From Octopus vulgaris (lineage: Eukaryota): a stretch of DNA of 64,000 bases. The position numbers and the translations under genes are program-made. Each line of letters opens with the position of its first letter. The first letter of the stretch is position 1. Below the pieces are notes generated by a model. It did no database searches. It saw only the letters and a program-made list of their open reading frames with translations, and was not told where the DNA came from. The stretch lies in the NCBI GenBank assembly GCA_951406725.2, contig OX597820.1:81158001-81222000 (forward strand), given 5' to 3'. Of the stretch, positions 25,650 to 38,719 are shown piece by piece.

Positions 25650-26990
25650 AACAAGTAATTAAAAGATTAAGTTGAACTTCACATACACTCCATCAAATTC
25701 TCTCTTCAATCTCATCACTATGTCATTTCTGGTCACTTCCAGCCAACTGGATCCATTGACCTTCACAATGTTCCTTTCATTTCTTTCAAATAGTGGCCCT
25801 CTAGAGCAAACCCCTTTTAGTACTAAAAATTTTAATGTGTCCTGATCTTTGGGAACATACAAGTGTGTTCTATCCCTACAAAAGAAGAGCATACCGATTC
25901 TCACCAACAACCAATCTAACTTTCAAAATCTCTAAACTTAAGGTAACAGTTGTTAGCAGTTACCCTCTCCCTTTCTATCCTTAGTTGCCCCAAGAGAGAT
26001 TCCATAAAACCAAATCTTCTAGGAACTTGATCTTTTATGTCACTCATTAGTGGTTTCTCATTCTTAAGAATTTTGGTGAAAATAATGTTGCTGCATTTGA
26101 CATCTCCAGGATAAACTACGTGTCTATGGACTTCATCAGTCAGATCACACCATTACAATGTAGGCTGTGGTGTGTCCCAAGGTCCAGTTATATCACAAAT
26201 TTTCGTCTATCACTACATTAATGATCTATTTACTGCCACCTCTAACAATATTCACTCCCAATGGAGATGGTCCCACATTTCCTGCACTGGTTTCATGAAC
26301 AGAGGCCTGAAGACTTTATTCTAAAGAGACATAACAATCTTGTCTCCTTCAATAACAACATGAAGACATGGTCAATAGAATGAAGGAAGCAGTATAGTAT
26401 ATCATCATCTCTAGTCTTAAACAACACAGAATTAAACCCCCACTTACAACAAAATTACTACAAATACTAAACCTCACCATAACTCACATTTATATCTTAA
26501 CACATCCTGTGTCTTGAAGACAAATTTCTAATTCAGAGCTAGTAAATACTTCTTCATTGAACATCTGTTGATTGTCTATAAAGCCAAGGATGAGGCCTCA
26601 TACAATGGAACATTATTCCTGCATCTGAGCTGGAGCAACTGCTACACACAAAAACATCTTAGATTATGTCTAAAAGGAAAGCCACCCAAGTGATTGATAT
26701 GGACTCACTGGCATTCACTGATGCACTGTCTCTTCTATCATTACTATGATTGACATCTACACCTCACAGCTAGCTTATTACATACTACATCCATTCAATC
26801 ACCCACATACCTGTCTCTCCTTTTGTTACTCATTCTTTATTTTCTTCAACTCTCAAGCTCTGAACTAACCCAACACCCAACCTTTCCTCTCCAAAATGTC
26901 AACATTCATGTTTTTTTCTTTTGTATTGATGTCTACTTGCAGCTATTTAAGCTGCAGATTAACTGCAGCATTCTGACCAGACTTGGAGGA
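25650..26990 (+). mobile_element. Highly degraded LINE (CR1/Jockey-group) RT and C-terminal remnant
   Basis: FDISR (LDISKAF-like), GVSQGPVISQIFVYHYINDLF and a YKA..RP..ME..S.IW.GA-like segment. Confidence 0.6.
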
Positions 26991-29374
26991 TTTATATAGA
27001 TCATGGCTACAGTCTCTTCCTTGTGACCATAGTCATTAAAAAAAAGGAAATGTGCTGAAGTTCCAATTTACAAATTACAACAAAAACTATATACATTACT
27101 CTATAATTAATATTAAGCATTACTAATATTAAATATTTTCTAACCAGTATAATATATTACATATTAAAGATTTCATATCTTAAAATACTACTGAAAAGTG
27201 CACTTAACTCAGCTTTCAGGTACCCAGAATGATGTGACAGCCATATCTTGTCTTTCAAACATTGAATGTAAAACTAAAGAAGCTATCAGTACATTCCATG
27301 ACAATCAGAAAAGTTGATTTAATTTCACTTATAATCTCTTAAAGAAATTCTTGGTAAGCAAATATTTATTTTTGGTTCAAGAACAATTATTTTCACAGTA
27401 ATATCTGCATTTTCAAACTGAGGCATCATATAACTTTTTGTGCATCTCAAAGGGAAAATATGTAGGATCTTCTGAGATAGTTGTAAAAATGTAGAGGCTT
27501 TTGAAATAAGGGTAGCTCCCATAAGGTGAATGAGAAGTTATAATGCAAGAAGATTTTATTTTCAATTACTAACATAATAGCATCATTAAAGGCAAAGTTA
27601 GTGTGCTAGAATGACAGGTAAGATTGATATATGAAGGTGAAAATATAAATTTGCAGCTAATGTAGCGGACACATGCAAGTCTAAAGTACAAGAGGTAGAA
27701 AATTATCATTGTTTGTAGGAAGTAAGGTGGAAATACAGATTGTGTAGCTAGTTCTTGTAATTTATTATTTAACATGCTGTCTCTTCTTTCTCCTCTCCCC
27801 TTATAACATGTGCTCTCTCTTTCTTTCTCCTTTCACTTATCCTCCCTGTAACATGTAACATACAGTCCTTCTTTCCCCTCTTAGTAAACTTAATCCATTG
27901 ACTGCTTTAACACCATCACCACTATCGTGTTCTTGGGTGGAGCCTATTCAACTGAAAGCATTCAAGCTAAGTCCCTGGTTTGAGGATACATTCTTCCCTT
28001 CTTCTTATCAATTTCCAGCCTCTGGAAAGAGACATGGATGCTATCATTGCTCCTCTTACTATGTCATTAAAAAATGATAATAAAATAGACCTGAAACTAA
28101 ATATGTCACAAGAACTGATGTGTGAAACTAATATCATTATTGATAACATACTAAGACAAGATTCTAATAGAGAATGTATAGTAATGAGGCACAGGCAATC
28201 AATATAGAGAAGATGAATTAATGGGGAAAGAAAACACTTGATTTTGGGATGTTCAAAATAAATGTTACTAACAGACATTTCAATATGCATTTATTCTTGA
28301 TATCCACATATTGGTATTGACAGACACTGACAAGCATTAATTCAAATAAAACAAGTATCTATGAATCAGTTGTATTGTGAAGATGGTTATCAATAAGATT
28401 GGATTGAAGTTAGAAATTCTATAACATTTTCCATGATTTGTAATTGTACTGCATCATCAAACATTGGTCATTTTACCACAATAAAACATTTTCCTTCATC
28501 CATAATGTTTTTCTAGAATAGCAGCTATATATTTCAAAATGAATATGCAATATTCAAACATAAATGTATAAAAATTACAAAAAAATAACATATATATTGT
28601 GTTATTTAGACTGGGTATAATGGTCTTACATTTTAGAGGAAAGGCCATGGGAAATTTGGGATGTTTACGTATTTTTAATAGCCATTAGTTACATGAAAAA
28701 GTGAAATGGCTTGAAATAAGAATCAAAATTGTGTGACCTTGGGTTTCCATAAGTCATAACTTTTCCTATATACCACATGCCATATATCTATACAGAATAT
28801 TAATTACCCCTCAGAATGATTATTCAATCTACAATACTATATCAGGCAACATAAAAATCTTCATATTTTTTTTATTCTGTATTATAATCATAATTTTTAA
28901 CAGGCACAGAGATGGAAAAATCCAGTATTTACAAATGAAAGGAGAATCATTGTCTGGAAACATTTAAAACATAATATTTATGATAACTCATTTCCCAAGA
29001 GAAATGTTGATAAAGATTACTTTGCATTTCAACAAAATCATCATGTTATACTAATGTGTGTGTGTGTGTGTTTGCATGCATAGGTATATTGTTCATCAAA
29101 TCAATACTAAGTATTCACAGATATGCCAAAGTAAATATCCATTTAGATGGTCACATGAAATTATTGATATAACAGACAAGCTACTATTCACAACAATGTT
29201 GAGAACATATTTAATGTTTCAGTCCATAAAATTAAAAACAAGGATGTCATTTTTAGTGTACAGATACAAATAGAATAATGCTCTTTTCTTTGATCTAGTA
29301 CCTCAATTATATAAAATTCTGGGAATGGTATGGAAAATCTCTAGTAAAACTGACAGAAACCTAAATGCAACAGA

Positions 29375-29503
29375 CATAGTGGAAAACTTACACTAGATGT
29401 AGTGAAAAGGGCGCACTAGATGTAGTAGATGTGGTGTATTACATAGAATAGAATTGTCAAACTAGATATAGTGGAAAAGGTGCACCAGCTGTAGTGGAAA
29501 AGG
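29375..29503. repeat. Degenerate ~23-bp minisatellite (CTAGATGTAGTGGAAAAGGTGCA-like)
   Basis: About 5 imperfect copies of tagatgtagtggaaaa. Confidence 0.6.
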
Positions 29504-29731
29504 TAATATCTTCTACAGTCATGAATTGAACTTCAAGGATATTTTTAAGAACAGAGTTGGGATCAGTGAAAATAGTGACTATGTCTAGAAAAGAGGGAAA
29601 TAAACTGAGAGATATTGCTTCACCTACTCCAGATAATTCGAGGAGAAGTTAGTTAATAAAGCAAACTGGAATTGAACCACTGCTCAATCTAAGATTAAGG
29701 GAAAAATAACCAATATAATGATATGGATATT

Positions 29732-29961
29732 TGTTTCTTTATTACCCATAAAGGGCTAAACATAGAGGGGACAAACAAGAACAGACAAATGGATTAAGTC
29801 AATTACATCGACCCCAGTGCGTAACTGGTACTTAATTTATCAACCCCGAAAGGATGAAAGGCAAAGTCGACCTCGACGGAATTTGAACTCAGAATGTAAC
29901 GGCAGACGAAATATGGCTACGCATTTTGCCCAGCGTGCTAATGGTTCTGCCAGCTCACCGC
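29732..29961 (-). mobile_element. Solo family-M SINE with perfect 19-bp target-site duplication
   Basis: atataatgatatggatatt at 29713-29731 and 29962-29980; body is the reverse complement of the array monomer up to a different 3' tail; CpGs retained. Confidence 0.92.
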
Positions 29962-31819
29962 ATATAATGATATGGATATTAAACATGTTGGGTCATCCAG
30001 GAAGAACTAGTTAGATCAAACGAAAAAACAGAGATGATCAAACGAATGTAGTGTAGATCTGGTTTATGCTAGCAGAAAATAGGTCATGAGAAAATTAGTT
30101 GAGACAGCTGACACCTCAGACTCATGTCTTCATCATTATATTGAATAGAAACATACACACATGTATGCATATACATGTGTGCATGTGTGTAGGCACCAAA
30201 TATGAAAGCATTTCAAATAATTTGAATATGATAATTGGAAAATATCTAAAAATACTAAAGAATTTAATGAGGTCTAGAAAGATGGTTGAAACAGCAAAGC
30301 AATAGCTGTTACTGCCATGAATGTGGTGGTACAAACAAAATTAAAGAGACAGTTTCTGGTGGCATAACTGATAAAAATAAAAATGATTGTATGTGTAGAT
30401 AGCGTTACATTCATTTATTCCTGTAAGCATGAGTAAGATGGATCTGTAAATGAAAATTGTGTTTTTACAGTTGAATGCCCTTCCTACTTCTATTTTATAT
30501 CAGTTCAGAGGGACATAACACCAAGTATGTAGTAATAATCCTGTCTTAATACTTTAAGATTAGATAATAATAATGATAGAATGAAAATAATGAAGCAGCT
30601 GTTGTCAGACTCATAGAAATCAAAATGTTTTTGAAACACTAAAAAAGTAATATTCCAGACAGCTATTTGTTCAGATAAGATAAAATGTTTAAAATGTTTA
30701 CTAATTAAAATCAAACATGAATTGCAATCAGTATAATATCATCACTTGAATTTAAATTCTGGGTGTATAATTTCACATAAAGTTAATTTAGTTTCCTAGT
30801 TACATACAAATCACATGCAAATTGAGGAAAAGATACAAATCAGTTATTTAACCTGAGGTTAGGCAAAACTGATGACATCAGTGACACATGGCTAAATAGT
30901 TGAATAATTGTATACTATCTACAGCTCTATCTACTGTCTATATCTTGTAGCAGACCATTCTACAGTATTTGGGGCACCAAACAGACTGCATATATTGCTT
31001 TTTTCTCAACTGTCCAGTCTGCTTTTGCATAGTTTTGTTCAGTCAACCATGATCAATCTGTGATCAGCTCGTCTTATTCTCACACACATTGTGCCCAGAA
31101 CTATATTATCGAAAGCCTTTTCTTTTAAGATGGTAAAGTGTGATCTGAGAGAGCTCTGACTGCTATCTCTAGCAGGTCTTGCTGCTGTATAGAAGATCTG
31201 TGGTGATGTGGAACATGTTGCATTTGATCACAGTATGGTAACTGTATAATAGTACTTATCTTAGCTCAACATTTGGGAATTAATAAAGCTATTAATGCTG
31301 ATATTTTCATCCACATTGACTGGTGTATATGTTGTGCTCAGACTTAGGATGGTTTTGTAGAAAATTTCTGGTGCATTCTATATGTGTCTAAATGTTGTTT
31401 TCCCTAAAGAAGTGACTGCAGATGCAGTGTCACTTTAACTGATATATCTGAAATTTGACATTCAGATGATATGGAAATTAACAAAATCAGGTGAGAACTT
31501 GGTGTTAGCAATATGCTTATAAACACATTCAATGACCAAAGAAATCTTAGAATGAGATATGCCAACTTAATATTTCTGAGCTTATCAAAACAATTTTCAG
31601 CTGTAATCCATAGAGACAAAGAATAAATCTAAAATGAAATTTATGGTAATTTTCTCATGCTTCATTCTAGTCATGGAAAATAGATTAAGCATGACTTAAG
31701 GCCTGTTGCTCTATTTTTCCTGACTAACAATAAACAGGTTCCACTCCTTATTCATTGTTGAGCAGTTAGTAGGAAAAATGGCATCCAGTTCTGGAAAACA
31801 GCTGCTTCCTCCTCCTTTA

Positions 31820-32055
31820 AATCATCGTTTAACGTCCGTTTTCCATGCTAGCGTGGGTTGGACGGTTCGACCAGGGTCTGGAAAGCCAGGAGGCTGCACC
31901 AGGCTCCAGTCTGATCTGGCAGAGTTTCTACAGCTGGATGTCCTTCCTAACGCCAACCACTCTGTGAGTGTAGAGGGTGCTTTTTATGTGCCACCGGCAC
32001 AGGTACGGGGGAGGCTGGCAATGGCCACGATCGGTTGGTGCTTTTTACGTGCCAA
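31820..32055 (-). mobile_element. Family A repeat (two internal units)
   Basis: catcgtttaacgtccgttttccatgctagcgtgggttggacgg ... ggtgctttttacgtgcc. Confidence 0.85.
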
Positions 32056-34156
32056 TATTTCTTTATTGCTAACAAGTACACCACTCACTACTTTCTCTAC
32101 TACCATTCATTATAGCCATCCCTCCCACCTACCTACCTAAACACTCACCCACCTACCTATCTACCTTCCTAATTACCTACCTACCTATCTATCTAACTAT
32201 CCCTTCCTTCGCTCTCTCACTCCTCATGCTCTGGGCCTCTTCTATAACACTCTTTCTCTGGTGTTGGTGAAGGAACAGATGACAAAGTAAAGAGGACATG
32301 GCAACCTTTCTAATGCTGGTACCACTAAGTAAAGTGGATGCTAAGTAAAGTTAAGAGGAGCATCCAATAAGAAACCATGCCAAAAATGAAACAAGTATGA
32401 CATCCTTCAACTCATCTGAGAGGGTAGTAACAGTAGATAATTACTGACTCAGACCACGATGATCTATGTGAACATGGAAAAGTGGATGTAAAAATAACAA
32501 TGGTGGTGGTGATGAAGATGATGATGCTGATAACAATGATGATGACAATGATACATCTATGCTTGCATCAGTCAGGGTGAGTGTATATCATGGTTCTGTA
32601 CACTTCTTGCTGCAGGAAGTATATAGAACTTCCTGTACACACACGAAGTTCACACAACCAGAAAGTAACAGTATAAGCTTTATTTTAGGAAAACAGGTAA
32701 TTAGGATTAAATGTATTCTTTGATAACAGCACAATGACAACCATGGTATCTTTCCCAGTCACAGCACCTCCATAATCTCACAACCATATACTAAATATAT
32801 TAAAATGAATTTACTAGGAATTTAGGAAAGATAGCAAAAAGAAGGGAAAGGTACAGTGGTAAGTAAACAGATAAACTATTGCTAATAACATGGTATTATA
32901 GTATCATTTAATTTTATCTCTCAATATTCTAAGTTTAAATTCTGTTCATGTTGACTTTATCTTACATTATGCACTCTTCTTCCTATATACACACCGAGGG
33001 TTATTAAATTATATATAATGTAACTGGGCAAGTCTAATTATCTGTATACTAAACATACAAAAAAAAAACAAAAAAACTAGGCCTTGTACCTCCTCAAAAG
33101 AGAAATAAGATCAATATAAAATTGATGATGATGATGTAAGCATATTAATTAGTATGCACATCAGCACATTATACACTAATATTTATTAGTATTCATATTT
33201 TCAAAAGCTACATAACTCATATTAATTTTGAAAAATTGTTTTCCTCAAATTAGACAAATGTATAGACACATATAAATCTAAGAATTCTGCTAAAATTTAT
33301 GCTCCATAAACAAGTTAATATTTAAACTGAATCATCAGTTTCAATGCAAGACTTATTGATTTCTTGGAACAATAAAATTCCTTAGTTTAATATCTGCAGT
33401 CATGACTTATAAGGGAGACACAGCTGTATTTAACAGAACACTGGCCAGTAATAGTTGAGTTGCAGCTAATATTAGAAAAGATTATTACTAAAATATTCGA
33501 TACAAATGGGAGATACTTCACACTTCACTTGAAATGCCTTCGTTTTTTTTACATTCTAGCAATATCAATAAACACAAAGAACTGTCTTTCATGCCAGAGG
33601 TTTAAATGTAGTTGCAGGAGGACCTGAAGAGAAATGAATAAAATCTAACATGAACAACTCCAAAGACTACACACTCAGCAGTGTAATAGAATTAATAATA
33701 TTCATTTCTAACATAGACAAGGCCTCAAATTCTTAGGTGAAGATAACAATCAATTATTAGATCGTTATTTATTTCATTGACTTCTAAGGTCAATGAAAGA
33801 TGAAAAATCAAAGGAACATAATTAAACATTGTGTGACATTTTGTATACCACATAAAATTAATTTTTGTAGTAATGATAATACATTTAATTAAACTGAACC
33901 AAACAGTATTTAATTTATTTCCTTATTCTCATTTCCACAGTCCTTCAAATCAGTGACTTAGCTTGTAGAAAATGTTGAACATGAATATATTTTTCACCTT
34001 GATAATAAAAGTTCACTTGCAGCCAGTTCAAGAAGTACAAAATGTTCTATGTATAAAACTTCAAATTTATTGTTAACAAACGTAGTTGGTAAGGTCTGAA
34101 GCCTGTAAATTGATATGTGTTTGCATGAGTAAGAGTGAGTGTGTGTGTGCATATTT

Positions 34157-34370
34157 ATCATCATCGTTTAACGTCCATTTTCCAAGCTGGCATGGGTTGG
34201 ATGGTTTATCTGGGGACTGGCAAGCCAGTAGTCTGCACCAGGCTCCAATCTGATCTGGCAAGATTTCTACAGTGGGATGCCCTTCCTAATGCCAACCACT
34301 CCGAGAGTGAAGTGGGTGCTTTTTATGCGCCACCGGTATAGGAGCCAGTCAAGTGGCACTGGCATCCATC
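34157..34370 (-). mobile_element. Family A repeat
   Basis: Same conserved body as 10335 and 31820. Confidence 0.85.
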
Positions 34371-34889
34371 ACATTTTAAGATCAAACTCCAATGAAGTTG
34401 ATTTCCCTTTTCATCTCTCTAAAACTTCTAAAATATGTACAAGATTTAATTCTTCCCTCCCTGTCAATTTGTGATACATATGCCAATGTGGAGAAGAATT
34501 TAAAAATGATGTATCAGTCTAAAAAAAGCTTCTCCATAATATAATTTCAAATTATAACAGTTACTTTCAGTGGAAATCATCTTGCCTTTCTAGGGTTCAT
34601 CACTTCTCTGTATGTGTAAAAAAGAGAATCATCATCATCAGCAAATAACAGCTCCACCTTCAACAATGAACTGGTTGTTCATACTCAAAATAAACACAAA
34701 TAATTCATGCATAAAAACCTGATTCAGATTGAAAATCTTTTTTTTCTTAATTCAAAACATCCTTGTTCTTTCATTTCTAGTAAAAAAAAAAAGTAATTTC
34801 CTCTTTTCTTATGATTTATCATTATCATTAAAACCATTAAATGCGGTTTTAGTTAGTAAGGATGTTGTCTTGAAGTTTGGTGATAACAC

Positions 34890-35425
34890 CTCTCCTCTAT
34901 CTCAAGAATCTTTCTTAGGAGTCTACAGAAAACAACATTCCACTTTTCTGCTTGTTGACAATGCAAGTCTCAATACAATATCCTTCAGATTCTTAGGTGG
35001 CATTTTGGGTGTTGTGCCAAGTACATCAGTTATCACAAAAACAACTGTTGTCATATTTTTTCACAATCTTTTCCTCTTGTTGATTAGGTCCTGATATTTA
35101 TCAATTTCCTTAATTTCTTTGGCACCCACTGTTTTAGCAGGTGATATTACAAGTCTATGATCTTATGTTGTTTGCTTTCTTTTTAATCCTTTCGTCTGAG
35201 TTCAAATTCCACCGAGGTCGACTTTGCCTTTCATCCTTTCAGTGGGGGGGGGGGGGGGTTAAATAAGTACCAGTTATGCACTGGAGTCGATGTAATCGAC
35301 TTAATCCCTTTGTCTGTCCTTGTTTGTCTCCTCTGTTTAGCCCCCTGTGGGCAATAAAGAAATTTTTAAAAATCCTCTATCTGGTCTTCTTGCTTCAATA
35401 GTATGGTCAAAAACTTGATGCCATT
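34890..35425 (-). mobile_element. 3' fragment of an RLE-type (R4/Dong-like) LINE, interrupted by a SINE
   Basis: Similar to 38720-39040. Minus strand gives RPD...K..KY.DL...VV.VI..LGT.PK restriction-like endonuclease motifs. Confidence 0.65.
35191..35362 (+). mobile_element. 5'-truncated family-M SINE
   Basis: gagttcaaattccaccgaggtcgactttgcctttcatcctttc...aataagtaccag...gggcaataaagaaat. Confidence 0.85.
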
Positions 35426-35875
35426 GGGCTCTATCATTATTTTAATAGTTCAATGTTTTATAACATTCATGACAACAGTCAGCAACATTTGAGAAAGTGG
35501 CTCCAGTACAGTTCATCAAAGAGCACAGTTTATTATTATTATTGTACTGTGATGTTGAGCTAACATGACAAGTTTTCTAACAAGGATAGTTTTAATAATT
35601 GGAGAAAAGCAAAAACAAAAACACATGAACACAGCTAAGGCCATAGAGATTCTGTGTTGAAGTACAATGATTTTTACAGGGAATCTTACGTTGACAGGGA
35701 GTTGATAAAATGAGTGCAGGAAAATAGGAAATACTAGACTGAAATACTGCACTGTGTTGTGGCCATGGCAGTATTTCTAGCTGAGGGAGTATTTCTAGTG
35801 AAGAGATCATAGGATTTAAGCACAATGAAAATTTTGGGAGAATTATGGAACTTATTGGACAATTTGCATTTCTGC

Positions 35876-36079
35876 TGGTGGCATGCAAAAGTGCCGATGG
35901 CATGTAAAAAGCACCCACTACACTCACGGAGTGGTAAGTGTTAGGAAGGGCATCCAGCCGTAGAAACATTGCCAGATCAAACTGGGCCTGGTGCAGCCTT
36001 CTGGCTTCCCAGACCCCAGTTGAACCGTCCAACCCATGCTAGCATGGAAAGCAGACGCTAAACAATGATGATGATGATG
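35876..36079 (+). mobile_element. Family A repeat inserted in the hAT fossil
   Basis: gcatgtaaaaagcacccactacactcacggagtgg...ggaagggcatccagccg...ctaaacaatgatgatgatg; hAT-like coding sequence resumes after it. Confidence 0.88.
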
Positions 36080-36642
36080 GGCCACTCGAAAGATTTGGCA
36101 TTCTTGGAAGTGGTAAACAGTTATACTTATCACCTCTTGTCTATGAAGAAATTGTTCTGTTGATGGCAAAATTTGTTAAGAATAATATAGTAGCAAAACT
36201 TAAAACAGCGAAGTATTACTCAATGTCTTTAGAATAAATACCAGACTGGACTCATGTTGACTAGTTAACAATTATTGTATGTTACATTGTTTCTGGAAAA
36301 CTGATAGAAAGGTTTTTAACTTCACTGCAGATTGTTTATAAAAATACTCAAGTACTAGCTACATTTCTAATAGAATTTCTTAAAAAAGAGGGTATAAATT
36401 TAGAAGACTGCAGAAAGCAGTCCTATGACAGTGCCAGTAATATGTCAGGTCATGGCAGAGGAATGCAAGCCAGACTTAAGGAAAATAACATGGCTGCAGA
36501 TTTCATTCCCTGCACTGCTCATTCATTGAATTTTGTTGAACAAGCTGCTGCTTCTTGCTGTGTTGGAGCTGTGAGCTATTTTGGTTTTATACAAAGATTA
36601 TACAACTTTTTTCTGCATTGACATACTGATGGGCAAATTTAA

Positions 36643-37083
36643 TCCTTAACCCTTTTGATACTGTATTTATTTTGAGATGCTCTGTGTTTCTTTTTACTTT
36701 AGATATAACAAAGAATTTAGTAAAATAACTTGGTTATCATTCAGCTAGTGTTAGGAACATAAATTGTGACTAAGGTTTGGTGGAAAATTTTAATTCAAAA
36801 CTTATGAAAACAAGACATTTGTACTCAGAGCCAGAGCCGGTTTCAGCCAGGTTGGTAATGAAAGGGTTAAGCATTTAAACCAACCTTATATGATCCTAAT
36901 AATGTACCTGTTTTATGTTCAAACTGACCATGTCCAGCTTCTTACACTTAAACTGCAATGTCATTGTAAAATTAAACAGATACATCATCAAAATCTCTAA
37001 GCTACAATATAATGCATGATTAATTCAAAACAATGTGAATGAATAAGTATTGCATTAGACAGAGTATTCTGAATGCTAAAGGA
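36643..37083. mobile_element. Outer piggyBac-type MITE (TIR TCCTT[T/A]AGCATT)
   Basis: TTAA|tcc ttaa gcatt (split by the inner element) ... aatgctaaagga|TTTA. Confidence 0.7.
36650..36866. mobile_element. Inner piggyBac-type MITE, 217 bp, TTAA target-site duplication
   Basis: TTAA|CCCTTTTGATAC ... GTAATGAAAGGG|TTAA. Confidence 0.85.
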
Positions 37084-38719
37084 TTTATAAAATCATAGGA
37101 AGGAAATGAAAGAGTACTAACTTTGAAATGTTTGACAGACACTTGGTCAGCAAGAGCTGATGCTATTGAAACCCTCACAGATGGATGTATCTGAAATGTA
37201 CTTTGTGATATTGAAGATGATTTGGAACACCTGAAGCAAGATATGAAGCTCAGACATTGGTAGACAAAATAGGTTATCTTGAAACTTCTCAGCTGGCTAA
37301 CATCTGGAATATAATTCTTGCACTGTTAAACAGTACAGATAAAGCTTTTCAAGTTGAAATTGATCTGAATAAAGTGCTGGATCTAACTGATTCATTGGAA
37401 AACTTTCTGAAATCCCTTCAGGATAAGTAGAGTTGGAAATGGATGTGAGAAACAAACAAATAAAGCAGCAGCAGATATGCCAAGGAAGAGAAATAAACAT
37501 GATGTAAATTCAACATCAACCTCAGAGGAAGTTGTTCTTTATGTAAGAGAAAAATTCAGATGCGGGATATTCAATGCCCTTTTAGATGAGTTCTATTGCC
37601 TTACAAAAATGTAGGGTCACTTATTAACCAGTACATAACAAGCTCAAAGTCATAGTCAACTTATGTGGCTTACCAGATGCAGAGATAAGACTGAAGCTGA
37701 GAAAGTCAGCATTATTTTCCTCTGTGATTTTAGCATTGTTTTCAGAGAAATTGTAGTTTGCAACCTTTTGTAAAATCAGTTCATATATCACTCCATCTTA
37801 GCAGACACTTTTAATCCATGATGAAAGCTTGCTTATACGTTTCCAAGTGTTAATATAACTCTTAGAAAATAGTTGAGCTTGATGGCCACTAGTTGTTCAG
37901 AAGAGAGACTATTCAGTAAATTGGGACTGATAAAGATTTATCTAAGAAACATGATGAGCCATGAAAGACTGTGCTTTTTGGACACTGAAAAATGATACAG
38001 TTTGGAGAATTCATTAAAGATTTTCCAAATGCCAAGTGAAGAAAGAAGGACATTTTGTAGGTATTGTAGTAGCATTTAGTGGTAAGGTAGTAAAATTTGA
38101 TGATATTTTATGTAACTGTAATGAGTGACCAGAGTGATGCATTACTGCTATGGTTTTGTTGTCATTTGCTCACTGCAAATTGTTGACAAGTGGATGAAAA
38201 TTTGTTAATATTCCTATCATCTTTCTGGGAGAATTTTTCATTTAGACAAAAAAAACGTTATCAGATGTTGGTTATATATTTTGAGGAAGGAGGTATAATG
38301 AAATGCTATGACCTCCCTACGTAACTGCCAATGTACTGTAAGCAATTTTTTACAAGTTTGTGCTAACAGAATATCATGAAATTTTGGCTAGTTTTCAATA
38401 TTTTATTATTAGTAATAATTATTGCACCAAATGGAATTATGTTTAGCTTTCTGGCCTATGACACTTGATCTCCCATCTATAATATAGCCACATTAGACAC
38501 AGCAATTTTTTGATATGTTTAAAAATTAAAAAGGTACATTTTATACACCAGTAAATATGGTAGTTACATTGAAAAACAGAACTACATGATAGAAATGAAA
38601 ATTCAAAGTAAAGGTGAGTGATGTGTGATTATTATTATTATTATTATTATTATGCTTGAGTATGCTAATTTACTTAGCAGGTATTTTATTGTGATGTTTG
38701 ATGACAACAAATCTCAAAT

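Larger units (their letters stand above)
35430..38060 (+). mobile_element. hAT-superfamily transposase fossil (ZMYM1-like type), interrupted by three insertions
   Basis: HNENF...MELIGQF, YLS, AKYYSMS..PD.THVD.LTIIV, IERFL, DCRKQSYDSASNMSG..GMQARL, FIPCTAHSLN, WSARADA and a hATC-like FPSVNITLR...TSCSEERLFSKLGLIKDYLRNMMSHERL. Confidence 0.88.

Noticed and set aside
27967-28290. 107-aa and 75-aa opposing ORFs in unique sequence
   Set aside because: No recognisable motif or convincing splice signals; length is compatible with chance.
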